Source: Phoronis australis
Lineage: Eukaryota; Animalia; Phoronida
DNA length: 64,000 nucleotides
Direction of reading: 5' to 3'
NCBI GenBank assembly: GCA_002633005.1
Contig: NMRA01000125.1
Span: 100,970 to 164,969, forward strand
In this document: piece by piece, positions 12,731-23,667 of the stretch
Position numbering within the stretch: the first letter of the stretch is position 1
Layout of the letters: each line of letters starts with the position of its first letter
Notes under the pieces: model-generated
What the model was told of the DNA's origin: nothing
The model's database searches: none
What the model saw: only the letters and a program-made list of their open reading frames with translations
Position numbers and translations under genes: made by a program

Positions 12731-13377
12731 AAAATGAAACCAATTCCGATAATTTGTTGTGACATGTATGCAACCTTCTTTTTTGAAGAAGAACATTTGA
12801 TTGATGAATCTGTGAATAATGAAATTGGCGAAAAGCTACCGATGTATTGCGTGGTGCTTAAAGCCGACGCATCTTATTGATCCACAAATTTAGCAAAAAT
12901 AACGCTTGCATGGCAATATTTTAGCTCTGGTAACTTGCTTATTTTACTAAAGAATGAGTGTAGTTTTTCATGGCGGTAATTTTGTGTCAGATTTTATTTA
13001 GCCATTTTTTACCGTCGTTGGTGGAAAGCTGTGTATTTCTACAGCTTTGCACCAAAGCTAGTCAGATTGTACCCAGACCAACTCGGTTCTAATTGAAACG
13101 ATTTTTTGCTTACAAACATTTGAGAGTCAATTTCTATTTTGGTCTGCCTCTTGTGATGTGGATTGATAATTGAAAATGTCTTGGAGTACTTTGTAAAACA
13201 ATTTCAATTTATTGCAGGTGTTGGACGTCAGCATGTTGCAGAACTATATCTTGAAGTCATCGTCGGGGATTTTTTGCATGTTTTTGATTAAAAAGTCATC
13301 TACTAACTTGTGTGCTCTATATGGAAGAGTTTTTTTATAGTTGCTGTGTAATGTACTAGAACACTGATGTGGTCAAC

Positions 13378-14788
13378 ATGCCGAAGAAGAAACGACAGTG
13401 GTTTGCTCATAATTCTAGGCAAATCAAAGACTCCATTTTGTCATACGATACAGATGAGTTGCCAGACCTTGACCCGCAATTGTGTGCCAATGCCAAAGTG
13501 ACTTGCAGTACTAGTATCCCTCTAAAGAGATTTGCATCAACACGAGTTAACACAGTACCCAAGCCTCTTGTTCGGTCACTCACAGTTCAAAAGAAGGTTG
13601 CAATTCCCAAGGGGATACTTAACCTTGATCCTGTGGCAGAGCTGAATGACTTGAAGAAATTATTAAATTATAACAGTCCGTGTGTGGATTTCAGTGATGA
13701 GTTAAATGAGTGCTTGTCGGATGACAATGCGGTTTCATCATCACTGAAGTACTGCAAACCTGAAAAACCAAAATACCCACCAAATTTTGTCGGTTTTTGC
13801 AATAATGCATCTTCTTCAAAAGAGAGCTCATTTGTTCCACATTCGGCTTGTAGTAGTAGTCAATGTTCTTATGGTAATTCTGGGTTTACTGTGAACAGTA
13901 AAGATTGGTTTCGGCAGCCTAACCATACAAAAACAGCAAAGTCGATTGGTAAGCCAGTACTTGAGGTGCTGGTCATTTCTTCTGATAGTGAGGACGATGA
14001 GCGTTGTGTAGAACAGCATTCTATAGACCAAAACACAAGTGACAGTGGAAGTAATTTGAGTATTCTGTCATATGGTAAAACGCCAAGAAGTCTAGATAAC
14101 CCTCGCTCACTAAGTAAAGACTCCCATGTTGATGATTTCGCATTGCCCTTCCACTCGTCTGATGAGATGTCCCAGTGCAATGATATCTGTCGTGAAGAAC
14201 CACATTCTGTAGGCCAGAACACAGATGACACTGACAGTGATTTGGTTATTCTGTCAAATGATAAAATGCCTAGAAGTCAAGATAACCCTTGCTCACAAAG
14301 TAAAGACTCCCATGACGATGATGTCACAATGCAGTTCCAGCCGTCTGATGAGATGTTCCAGTGCTCTGACATTTCTCGTGTAAAGCCACATTCTGTAGAC
14401 AAGAACACAGATGCTATTGACTGTGATTTGAGTATTTTCTCAAGTAATAAAATGCCAATTAGTCAAAATAACCCTTGCTCAAAAAGTAAAGACTCTCATG
14501 TTGATAATGTGGCTATGTCCTTCCATCCATCTGATGATATTTCTGTTAACATCAGCAAAGTTCAGAGTGAAAAGTGTCATGCCGATGCTTCACTGGCTGT
14601 GTCATTATCTGAAGAAATACCTGAAGTAAGCTGTGTTAATGTCTCTGTAATTGGGTGCAGTGATATCAGCAAAGTTCAGGGCAACCATCGGTCTCTTGAC
14701 GAATACCGAAGTAATTCTGTGCCAGTAAGAATAAAGATGAAGGGAGACCACCATGATGTTGAAATTCAGCAGAAGTGTACAGTAAATG
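13378..14788 (+). CDS. SIMC1: SIMC1-like protein, coding exon 1 (disordered, SUMO-interacting-motif region)
   Basis: ATG at 13378 (MPKKKRQ, NLS-like) after acceptor ttgcag|13218. Ser/Asp-rich ORF with the phospho-SIM-like motif EVLVISSDSEDDE. The phase-1 donor G|GTTTGT at 14788 joins exon 2 in frame, although the donor is weak. Confidence 0.7.
14017..14540 (+). repeat. In-frame 186-bp (62-aa) tandem repeat, about 2.8 copies, inside SIMC1 exon 1
   Basis: Units start at 14017, 14203 and 14389 (HS(I/V)xxNT...L(S/V)I(L/F)S...DSH..D). Confidence 0.9.
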
Positions 14789-14814
14789 GTTTGTAAAGCA
14801 TGAGTTTTTCTGTT

Positions 14815-15975
14815 CATATTTATGCGCCCACATAGATATGCGGGTGCAAATAGTCATCTCTGTGTGTATGGGCATCTGGCATCTGCTGCTGTATATCCTA
14901 AACCTTTTGCAGGATCTTCCCGAAAGTTGGTATTTGTGTTTCTGTGGAGATGGTGATAGACGATGACAACTTTTGCACACACAGATCCATCTACAACTGT
15001 CCCCCCATCATGGCAATTTTAGCTGTTTATGTTTGCCTCTTTATCTATTAAGTTCCTTGACAAAATTCTACGAAATTTGAGAAGTTTCTGTTTGGATGGC
15101 AACGACACTTTTCCAATGTTGGACAGTCCTGACATATTCTGGACCCCCTAAACCATTTGTATTTTCATCTGCTGCTATATTCACATGCTGCTCAAAAGAT
15201 CATGAATTTTGGCAGATGTGGAGAGTGTGGCTGACATTTATTTTTTGGAAAAGTCTGACTACAGTACCACCTCCTAGTGGTAATTGTGTTTTTATCTCTG
15301 CTTCATTATCCACCAAGCACCCTGATGAACCTTCACATGAAATTTGATTTCATGTTTCTGTTGAGAAGGGCAAAACTGACGTTGATTTCGAGACAAATCT
15401 TATTACTGTGGCAATTTAGGCATTCTTGTAGTATGCCTTGATTTCTATAAAGTTCCATGGCAGATCTTCCATTCAGCCTTTTTGTGCTCCCTCATTTCCA
15501 TGCCTGTTTTGATGTCTGCCTCCCTACCCACAAATTGCTTGAACATAAAAGTCAACAGATGTGTTCTTGTTGATGAGAAGATGGCCGACGTTAATTTTTG
15601 TATTGTTCTGTATTGTCCTCCTAATGACGATTTTATGGGTTAGCTCTTTGTACCTTTGCCAATATCTACCAAGTTTTCTTGGTGGATATTTATGAAATTT
15701 TGACGTAATCATATTGAGGAAAGCATAGCTAGTGTCAATTTTTGTATGGATCTGACTACTGTAATGCCCCCTAGTGTCAAATTGCCGTACCCTCTGCCTC
15801 AACTATCAAGGAAAGTTCTTCAATCTTCACAAAAATTTTCCTTTTGACGAGGGCTGCTCAACTTCTGCTGATTTCTGAATGGATCCGATTACTATTTGAA
15901 ACATACCCCTAATATAAATTACTTGACGTTCCTGATGCACTCAGTGGGTGCGTGTCAACTGTGTTGCTCTTGTTA
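14815..15975 (-). mobile_element. Degenerate Helentron/HINE-like element with internal repeats
   Basis: The start TTTATGCGCCCACATAGATATGCGGGTGCA matches the element at 20050. Recurrent GCCCCCTAGTGTCAAATTG-type units and an end GTTGCTCTTGTT. Confidence 0.45.
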
Positions 15976-16722
15976 CTTATTTGAGGATGGATAGTTTAAA
16001 TGCACTGTTAAAATTCCTAGTTTTCTAAAAGAGTTAACAACATTGGCGTCTTATCATTTCAAGTCATTTTTCATGTTTGAACTACTGTTCAAGAGTCACT
16101 AAGAAATGTTAATTTTGTGTAAAATGATAGAACTTAGTCATACCCTGCACTTTGTTCAAATACTTAGTGTTGCTAGATTGAAGAGAATGCTTTCAACATG
16201 GAGAATACTACTTTTAGGTAGTTGAGTATCATAAGGCAGACTGCTAGATTAGCTACTTAAAATAAACATTCACAAGGGCATCTCATATCTGTTGTCGTGT
16301 GAGTAAATAGATTGATAACAGTCTCATGCATAGTTATTAAATATTCATACCAGCCATGTGCGATCACCATGAATTAATAGAGCCAAACCACAAGTTAGTT
16401 AATGTACGTCGTGTAGGGAGTACTAGAGTGTGCGGACTGTTAGTGAAATCACGGGAACCATCTTGTATCATAAGACGACTCAGCTGCTTTCTCATTGGAG
16501 GTTGATGATGGGAAAGCAGATAAGACATCTGGCGAGTGTTTACGTGTGAAATTGTCAACAGCTTGTAACTTGGATTTTCTTTCTGATCTGATGTCACGTG
16601 ATTGTGTTATCAGCCGAGACAGTTTGGTTTTGTTTTGTTTTGTTTTGTATAGTTGCTAGTGCGGCTCCATTTGCTAATGCAAAAAAATAGAAAGTATTTA
16701 ATAATCATAATTTGTCTAAGTA

Positions 16723-16960
16723 CAGTAAAAATTCTTAAATTTGGGACAAGGAAAATTGCTAATTTTCAAAGGCTTGTAACGTTACCGTAAATACTCAAAA
16801 TTTTAACAACTGCAATTTTTGTTCTTATGCCAGCTTAGCCGTACACACTGTACTGACAACTTAGTATCAATTTCTAATAAGTTATTTTTGTCGAGACATT
16901 TGAAAACATCAAATTCTACTTGTATGCCATATTGTGTCACAAACTGAAGAATTTTTACTG
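16723..16960. mobile_element. ~240-bp MITE (CAGTAAAAATTCTT family, TA target)
   Basis: TA|CAGTAAAAATTCTTAAATTTGGGACA ... TGTCACAAACTGAAGAATTTTTACTG|TA. Other copies at 37651 and 58720, with partial copies near 31015 and 35477. Confidence 0.8.
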
Positions 16961-17000
16961 TATGTGGCGTTAGATGTCTTTGTCCTTGATTTTTCTTCAG

Positions 17001-17149
17001 AACCGGAGTCGGAGAAAAGACAACCAAATGATGACAACCTGCTAAATGATAATCAACTGCATTGTGATGATAGTCTTGAGTGTGAGACTCATGATTCCTT
17101 GATTCCAACGTCCTTTGAGTTAGAGAGTGTGTCTTCCACTCAAATAAAG
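17001..17149 (+). CDS. SIMC1: SIMC1-like protein, coding exon 2
   Basis: ttttcttcag|AA CCG ... AAG|gtatta; encodes (E)PESEKRQPNDD...STQIK; phase 1 in, phase 0 out. Confidence 0.65.
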
Positions 17150-17753
17150 GTATTACAGGCTAGATGTTATGGTAGGACGAGGACTGCATTTCCCAGCGTC
17201 AAGATTTCAACAAATGTGTTAGTGAAACTGAATAAGATATCACCGTAATGATGTTTGTCTCCAGCTGGAAGCAGTTACGAAGAATGACATAGTCACTTTC
17301 TGTCTTCGTTATTGCTAAAATTGACATTTTTTCATTTTCCAAGCACCTACATTATTACAGCCAGAGTTCTAATTTTTACACATATTTTTGTGATAGTTAG
17401 GTATATTTGTTGAGAAATTTCACAGAAAGAAAATTTGCTTTGGCGAAACATTGTGTCCTTGGCTAACCACCGTTTGTTGTCCTCTCTTCTGAAAACCAAC
17501 TTTAATTAAATGTTAGGTGAATACTGTGAAATAATGACTTAACCTGCTGGAGACGCAATTTCTTGGTGATGTTGTTAATCACATTTGTCTTTGAATTTAA
17601 ATTCCCTAGATGGGACTATGAGCTGGCCTTCTGTCAAAAATTCTATAAAGATTTTGATTTAGACTTCTTTCCATTTATGAAGTCAACTTTTTTATTCTGA
17701 TTAAGTGTGAATTATAAATGGACCTCGTATGAACTGATATTTTTTCTGCTTGA

Positions 17754-18203
17754 GACCATGCTAAGTGAATTAGCTTGTTGAGCATGGTCTATGTATTGAT
17801 TATGACCATGCTGAGTGCGTTAGCTTGTTGAGCATGGTCTGTGTATTGATTATGACCATGCTGAGTGCATTAGCTTGTTGAGCATGGTCTATGTATTGAT
17901 TATGACCATGCTGAGTGCATTAGCTTGTTGAGCATGGTCTATGTATTGATTATGACCATGCTGAGTGCGTTAGCTTGTTGAGCATGGTCTGTGTATTGAT
18001 TATGACCATGCTGAGTGCGTTAGCTTGTTGAGCATGGTCTGTGTATTGATTATGACCATGCTGAGTGCGTTAGCTTGTTGAGCATGGTCTATGTATTGAT
18101 TATGACCATGCTGAGTGCGTTAGCTTGTTGAGCATGGTCTATGTATTGATTATGACCATGCTGAGTGCATTAGCTTGTTGAGCATGGTCTATGAATTGAT
18201 AAT
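17754..18203. repeat. Nine near-identical 50-bp hairpin-containing tandem repeats (intronic)
   Basis: Unit GACCATGCT-GAGTGC(G/A)TTAGCTTGTTG-AGCATGGTC-T(A/G)TGTATTGATTAT, starting every 50 bp from 17754 to 18154. Confidence 0.95.
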
Positions 18204-18493
18204 GCCTTGTAAAGTCTTCCCAGGCCTATAAATTCTATTCTGAGTTAGGAGTATTGTATGGTGGGGGGGTTTCTTAAAAACTTAGTCTTCTGACAGAATG
18301 CAAGGTTTATATAGAATTGTTAATAAATACTTGAAACTTAGACAAGTTTTTTATTATCTATTCCTACTATTATGGAAAGCATTTTTATTGGTTATTTGCT
18401 GCTATGTTCCATTCCAAAAGTGAAGCGACAATCACTTTGTCAATTTTGTTGAATATGTCAGGAGCTCTATAGAATTATCTCTCATTTTTGCAG

Positions 18494-19251
18494 GAAACCA
18501 GTGATCATCTCAAGTCTACGGATATATTTTCTGCGCCTTTGTTTGTTACTGTACCGAACCTGTCATCCTTGGAAACCAAGACATTTTCTGCTGTGAAGCA
18601 AAGTCTAATTGAAGCTTGTAAAGAAGACGGCCATTTCACCAGTGAGTCATTGGAACTGATTCACGACTTGACAAACTCAAAATGCAAACCATCAGGACCT
18701 CAACTCACATTCCTTTATGATTGTTTGAGCAAAAGTGACAGGATGGATATCGTTAACAAAGCGTATGTGACATTAAGCCACGTGGCAAGAATGCACCCAG
18801 GTGAAGCATCGACGCCATGGGATATGGTGGAGAAAATGTTTTCTAATTTATTTTTACATAAATTGACAAGACTGAACTTAATGGGCCTGTCTTTACTGCT
18901 CGATCACGTGACCACCGTCCTACAGGTTGAAGTTGTGATAAACAAAGAGTCGAGAAGAAAGAGCCAGGCGTGGAAGTTACTGTCACCAGAATCAAACTTC
19001 AGACACGTCAGTAGACTTCTTGAGTGGTTGTTTCGACTTCTGCATGAAGATGATGAGACGAGTCTTTGCATTTCTGAAAGCACTGGGTTGCTAAGTTTGA
19101 ATTCATTGGAATCTCAGCGCGAACCTTTGCTCAGATCATGTGAAATTCGTCCACTGTTGCCGCTGCTAGCCAGGTTGTTGGAAGTTGCGGTGGTGGCAAG
19201 TTTGGAGCCTCTGCCTGTAGCATCCAGAATTGCTACGGAAATTGTTGACAG
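18494..19251 (+). CDS. SIMC1: SIMC1-like protein, coding exon 3 (Nse5-like helical domain)
   Basis: tttgcag|GAA...GAC AG|gtagta. The segments DIVNKAYVTLSHVARMHP...WDMV, LLLDHVTTVLQ and RHVSRLLEWL parallel human SIMC1 as recalled (DVLKEAYMLLMKIQQLHP..WDW, LFLRYVVQTLE, HNVRDVIKWL). Confidence 0.8.
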
Positions 19252-19659
19252 GTAGTATGGGGGCACCCACGGTTGCTGTAGTCATTTTTAGAGGCTCTGA
19301 AGTGAATTCCCTCGATAAGAAACATAATTAACGGAATCTGATTTCTTTCATGGAGTTAGAGATTTGGAACAACATTTACACATTCTAGTGGCAGGTACCA
19401 TAATTCTCATGGTTTTGGTTACCATAAATTAAGAATATGATCCTCATCAAATTCTACATATTCTGGCTATAGTTGTTTTGCAGCAGACGTGTTGAAGGAT
19501 TTGTGTATTCTATCTGAAGGTGGCGCTGTTATTTTCAGGTTCTGAGACTCAATAAACATGCAGCAATTACGGAAACAACATAATTCAGTGGATGGCTGTT
19601 CCCAAAGCACTTTTACATATGTAATTTCCATTAATTTTGTTCAAAAATTTTGATTTCAG

Positions 19660-19904
19660 ATTTTTTTCCAATGGCATGACATTCTGCCGGCGAAAACGTC
19701 TGCTCTCCTTGCTCACATCTCCACTGCTCAAGTTCAAGGTCACCGAACACTTTCTTTGTCCTGCAACTACCAGCTGCCAATCATTGCCTTCCTTTCAGAG
19801 CTTGGTGGATGCCATGAGCTCTTGCTATGACCTGATTACCCAAGCTGATGACTACTTGTTATTGGTCAGCACCTGTGTGACATCATACATACAAACTGTA
19901 CAAG
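19660..19904 (+). CDS. SIMC1: SIMC1-like protein, coding exon 4
   Basis: gatttcag|A TTT ... CAA G|gtactg; phase 2 in, phase 1 out; encodes RRKRLLSLLTSPLLKFKV...YLLLVSTCVTSYIQ. Confidence 0.75.
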
Positions 19905-20049
19905 GTACTGTGTTGATAAGTAGAGGAAGCCCGGTGGTCTCATAAGTATAACATACTCTACAAAAACAGTAATTTTGGAGTTTTAGGCATATCTTGCGCT
20001 CTTTTTGGAGTTCCGTGAAACTGAAAAATGGGTTATACAGGAAGCAGCC

Positions 20050-21150
20050 ATTTTTATGTGTCCACATATTTATATGTCGGTGCATATTGTCGTTATCTCT
20101 GTTTGGGGGTCCGGTGTCTGTAGCTATATCTACTAAACCCCTTGCAGGACCTGAAATTTGCCAGGTGTCTGCCTATGACGACGAGTTTTGGACTGAACCG
20201 AATACCGCTGTGCCCCCATGATTAATTCATGAAATTCAGCAAATAGGTTTTTAATAAGGAGGCAAGGATGCCATTCCATTTTCAGACGGATTCTATGGAT
20301 TTCACGCCACCTTGTTGTTATTTTTGCGTCTGTTTTCTGACATCCGCCTCTTTATTTGCCGTACACTCATAGGGTCATTATGAAAATTTACTTATGTGTT
20401 CCTGATGAGAAGGTCACGACTGAAGTTGACTTTTGGACGAGTCTGATTACCGTGTTGTCCCCTTGTGGCAATTTTGTTTTTTTTTGTGTCTGCAGCCCAA
20501 TCTCCTTATCTCTTTGAAGAAGCTTTGTGAATTTCGAAAGATGTTTTGAACTGATCCAAATACCACTGTGCCCCCTAGTGGTGAAATGTTTTTTGTTTAC
20601 CTCTATCTTCGGAATTCTTTTATGAAATTCGGCAAATAGGTTTCTATCAAGGAGACAACAATGTCGTTCCGTTTTCGGACAGATTTGATGTTTTCTGCAC
20701 CACCTGGTGGCTTCTGTTCCTGATCCGAAGACCCATACTGATGTTGATTTTCAGAGGTTTTCGAATATTCTGGTGGCCCCAAGGGGCATTTTCGTTTTTT
20801 TGCGTCTACGGCTGTATCTCCTCAAACCTTTGAAGGATCTTTTTGAAAATTGGCAGATGGGCTTCTATAGATATGGCAACAGATGACGACGAGTTTCAGA
20901 CCAATTGGACTATAGCTGTGCCCCCTAGTGTCAATTGGTTTTACTTTTGCCTCTAAATCTTAGGAGTTTTTTGGCTTATTGTCATGAAATTTGGCAAATA
21001 GTTTGCATTACAGAGACGTCACCACCTTCTCAATTCGGACAGATTTGATGCATTCTGTGCTGTCTAATGGTAATTTTTGTGATCCGTACAAGTACATTAT
21101 TTGTGGTGCTGGTCGTGGGCGCATTCCAATGCTCCGCGTTGCTCTTATTT
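20050..21150 (-). mobile_element. Helentron/HINE-like element with internal tandem units, same family as 14815-15975
   Basis: Repeated blocks CTGTGCCCCCTAGTG and ATGAAATTCGGCAAATAGGTTT at ~20210, ~20570 and ~20920; end GCTCCGCGTTGCTCTTATTT. Confidence 0.5.
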
Positions 21151-22199
21151 TTTATGTTCATCATATGTCCCGAGTAATTTATAAATGATACATGCCTCAT
21201 AAGCTCGTTACCAAAGATGAAAAGGAGACCGAGTTAGGCGATATAAGGTCATTTATTATGACTAATGCAATTACAAGTTATAGTGAATAACCATAAGTGA
21301 AATAAAAAATGATAATCTCTGGTAAGATGGGCAATAAAAAAGCGCCACAAGAGATGTTGTAAGACAGCTCATGCCCTTCCTTTGCACACACCGACTATAG
21401 GGGGTTGGGGTGAAATATATTTAATTTGTTGGTGCCGACTGTGTGGCAAATTGTCAAGCTTATCAGCTGTGCTTTTTCTTAAAAACATGTTCTCCAACTG
21501 TGCAACAAAAACCCCATCAAACATATATGAAATTGTCAGGAATAACACATACATGTGAAAAGGAAAAATGGTAAATTGTTGGATGTCGTTAACAGTGCTC
21601 CAGACATGATTATGTCACATGGCTTGGCCCACCTGATTGACATAAACGTAGGGCATGTAGAAACTGGTAAAACACTTTCAAATCTGGTAAAAAATATTTA
21701 TTAAAGCCACTACATTTTGAGTCTAATGGGTGTGGCCCTTTACCAGGTTTAAAGACAAATACCTTGAAACCAGGGGATCTAAAGAAACGTCCGTTATTTT
21801 GTTTTCCAACACCCACAAAAACAGTGATTTTAATAAAAACGTGGGCCACGTGAGCCATTACCTCCAACTATTCCTATTTCGTATCCTCTTTTCATTTTCT
21901 GTCATCCTCCCTTTGTTTTTCTATTTTTTATACATTCATTGCCCAGACAATAACACAAAGCCAGTCTCAGGTTGGGCGCCTCAGATCCAGCTTTAACAAA
22001 AGTATATAATATTAAACAATAAATATGTGTAAAGGAAATGAAATGTAACTAAACAGGGACACGGGGACGGGGAAGGACTTTCACACGCCATTCATACACA
22101 CACTCAGGCTTTGCTGATACGGTGTTATGATGAAATTATGCGCTATGAAAAGAAAAGAAAAAATAATATATAATAATATAGGTACATAATACACGCATG

Positions 22200-22360
22200 T
22201 ATTCATACATATACATACATACACACATACATACAATACATACATACATACATACATGCACATATACATACACACATACATACATACACACATACATACA
22301 CACATACATAAATACATACATACATACATATATACATACCTATATACATAAATACATACG
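22200..22360. repeat. (ACAT/AC)n microsatellite
   Basis: Directly visible. Confidence 0.95.
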
Positions 22361-22989
22361 TTTAGACAATATAGAAATTTCATTAAAGACATGACTAGAC
22401 TTTTTGTTAGCGAGCTTGATACTGATACGTAATTTCGGAAATCTCCTTTCTTCTGGTGCAGATATGAAGTAAAAATTCGAGAGACATGACAAACAAATAA
22501 AAACAATAGCTATATTTCGTGACTACATGTCACATTATCAGGCAATTAGTGGAATGAACATATGCGTAGCAAAATAAACATTGAAATACACGTGGCAGCG
22601 AGAAGAGGGGCATACAAGCAGAGTGTGAATGCAACACACGGTAAGAAGCCCGCTACCCTATAGAAACATGGGGTACACACCTGTGAGCTGCTCATTCAAC
22701 ACAGGTTTTTCCTGACTGATCACTTTGTACACCAAGATGGACGGAAAATAATTAGGCAAGAAATAGTAGACAATACCATCATTCGCTATTTTGAAAATGA
22801 CACATTTTGGCTAAAGATTTTGGAATTGCTGTTAACAGCTGTAGTGATTGCAATATAGAAATAAACAATGACAATTTAAGTTTAACACATAACATTGTGA
22901 TGTCTAAATGACAATATGAAAATAATGATAACAGTGAATAGAATACTAATTAAAAACATGCGTGCAGAACTCTCCATTTATCCACATTT

Positions 22990-23280
22990 GTGTCCGAGGT
23001 ATCTGTAAAAATTGTGTTAACTATATAAACATTTGTAACTTCAGTTTAAAATAGTCGAAAATGAGAAGCTTTTCTGCATTTGTTTGATAAATGAAGTAAA
23101 ATGCAAGTGTATTAATGGTATCACAAATTAATTTGTGATTTGGATTAGAGTTTTGAACAAAATCTATAATGTCCCAAATCGTAAACATGTACTGGGCATT
23201 TAATTTTGAACATGATTGCATAAAAAAGCCTTTTGCCCACCACTGAAGAGCGCCACCAGTTAGGCTCAAAAGCCAATAAC
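22990..23280 (-). mobile_element. Possible decayed LINE (L1/Tx1-like) ORF2 3' fragment
   Basis: Minus frame ...LQWW...IIDF...INTLAFYFIYQT...YFKLKL resembles the C-terminus of L1/Tx1 ORF2. Weak recall-based similarity only. Confidence 0.3.
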
Positions 23281-23401
23281 TTTAATAAATAATTGTTTAA
23301 GTGTTTTACCAGTTTCTACTTAGTCTCATTTTATTCGTTCTCGACATGTCATTTTTAACTAATAGGTGTGACTGGGTACTACTCTCATTTTTTTGTTTCA
23401 G

Positions 23402-23667
23402 GGCAATGCCATGTTCCCATGAACAAGAGAAAGCTCCCATCCTGCAAACCATGTCTGTCTGACATGGACAATGAGGCCCTCATTAACCTATGTCATTTCT
23501 TAGAAGATAATTTTGAGTCATCTCAGCTGGAGACCTGTCTTCTTCTCTTAAAATGTTTAACTGAGGCCACTCATACTGGAGGAATTACAGAAGAGTGTTT
23601 AGCCACCAAAGCTGTAGAGACTACCGAGGAATGTCAAGCTGGGACCAGTCGCCAGCCTTTTGCCTAA
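23402..23667 (+). CDS. SIMC1: SIMC1-like protein, last coding exon
   Basis: ttttgtttcag|GG CAA ... TAA. SQLETCLLLLKCL parallels human PQLQDKVHLLKLL as recalled. The spliced CDS totals 2829 nt = 942 aa plus stop. Confidence 0.75.

Noticed and set aside
12111-12796. Long ORFs of 143-220 aa
   Set aside because: Artefacts of the N gap and the poly-A run.
17754-18203. CRISPR-like array of palindromic repeats
   Set aside because: The sequence between the stems is essentially identical in every unit, so there are no unique spacers. No cas genes are present and the context is a eukaryotic intron.
22081-22506. ORFs rich in YVCM / HTYI
   Set aside because: Translations of the (ACAT)n microsatellite.
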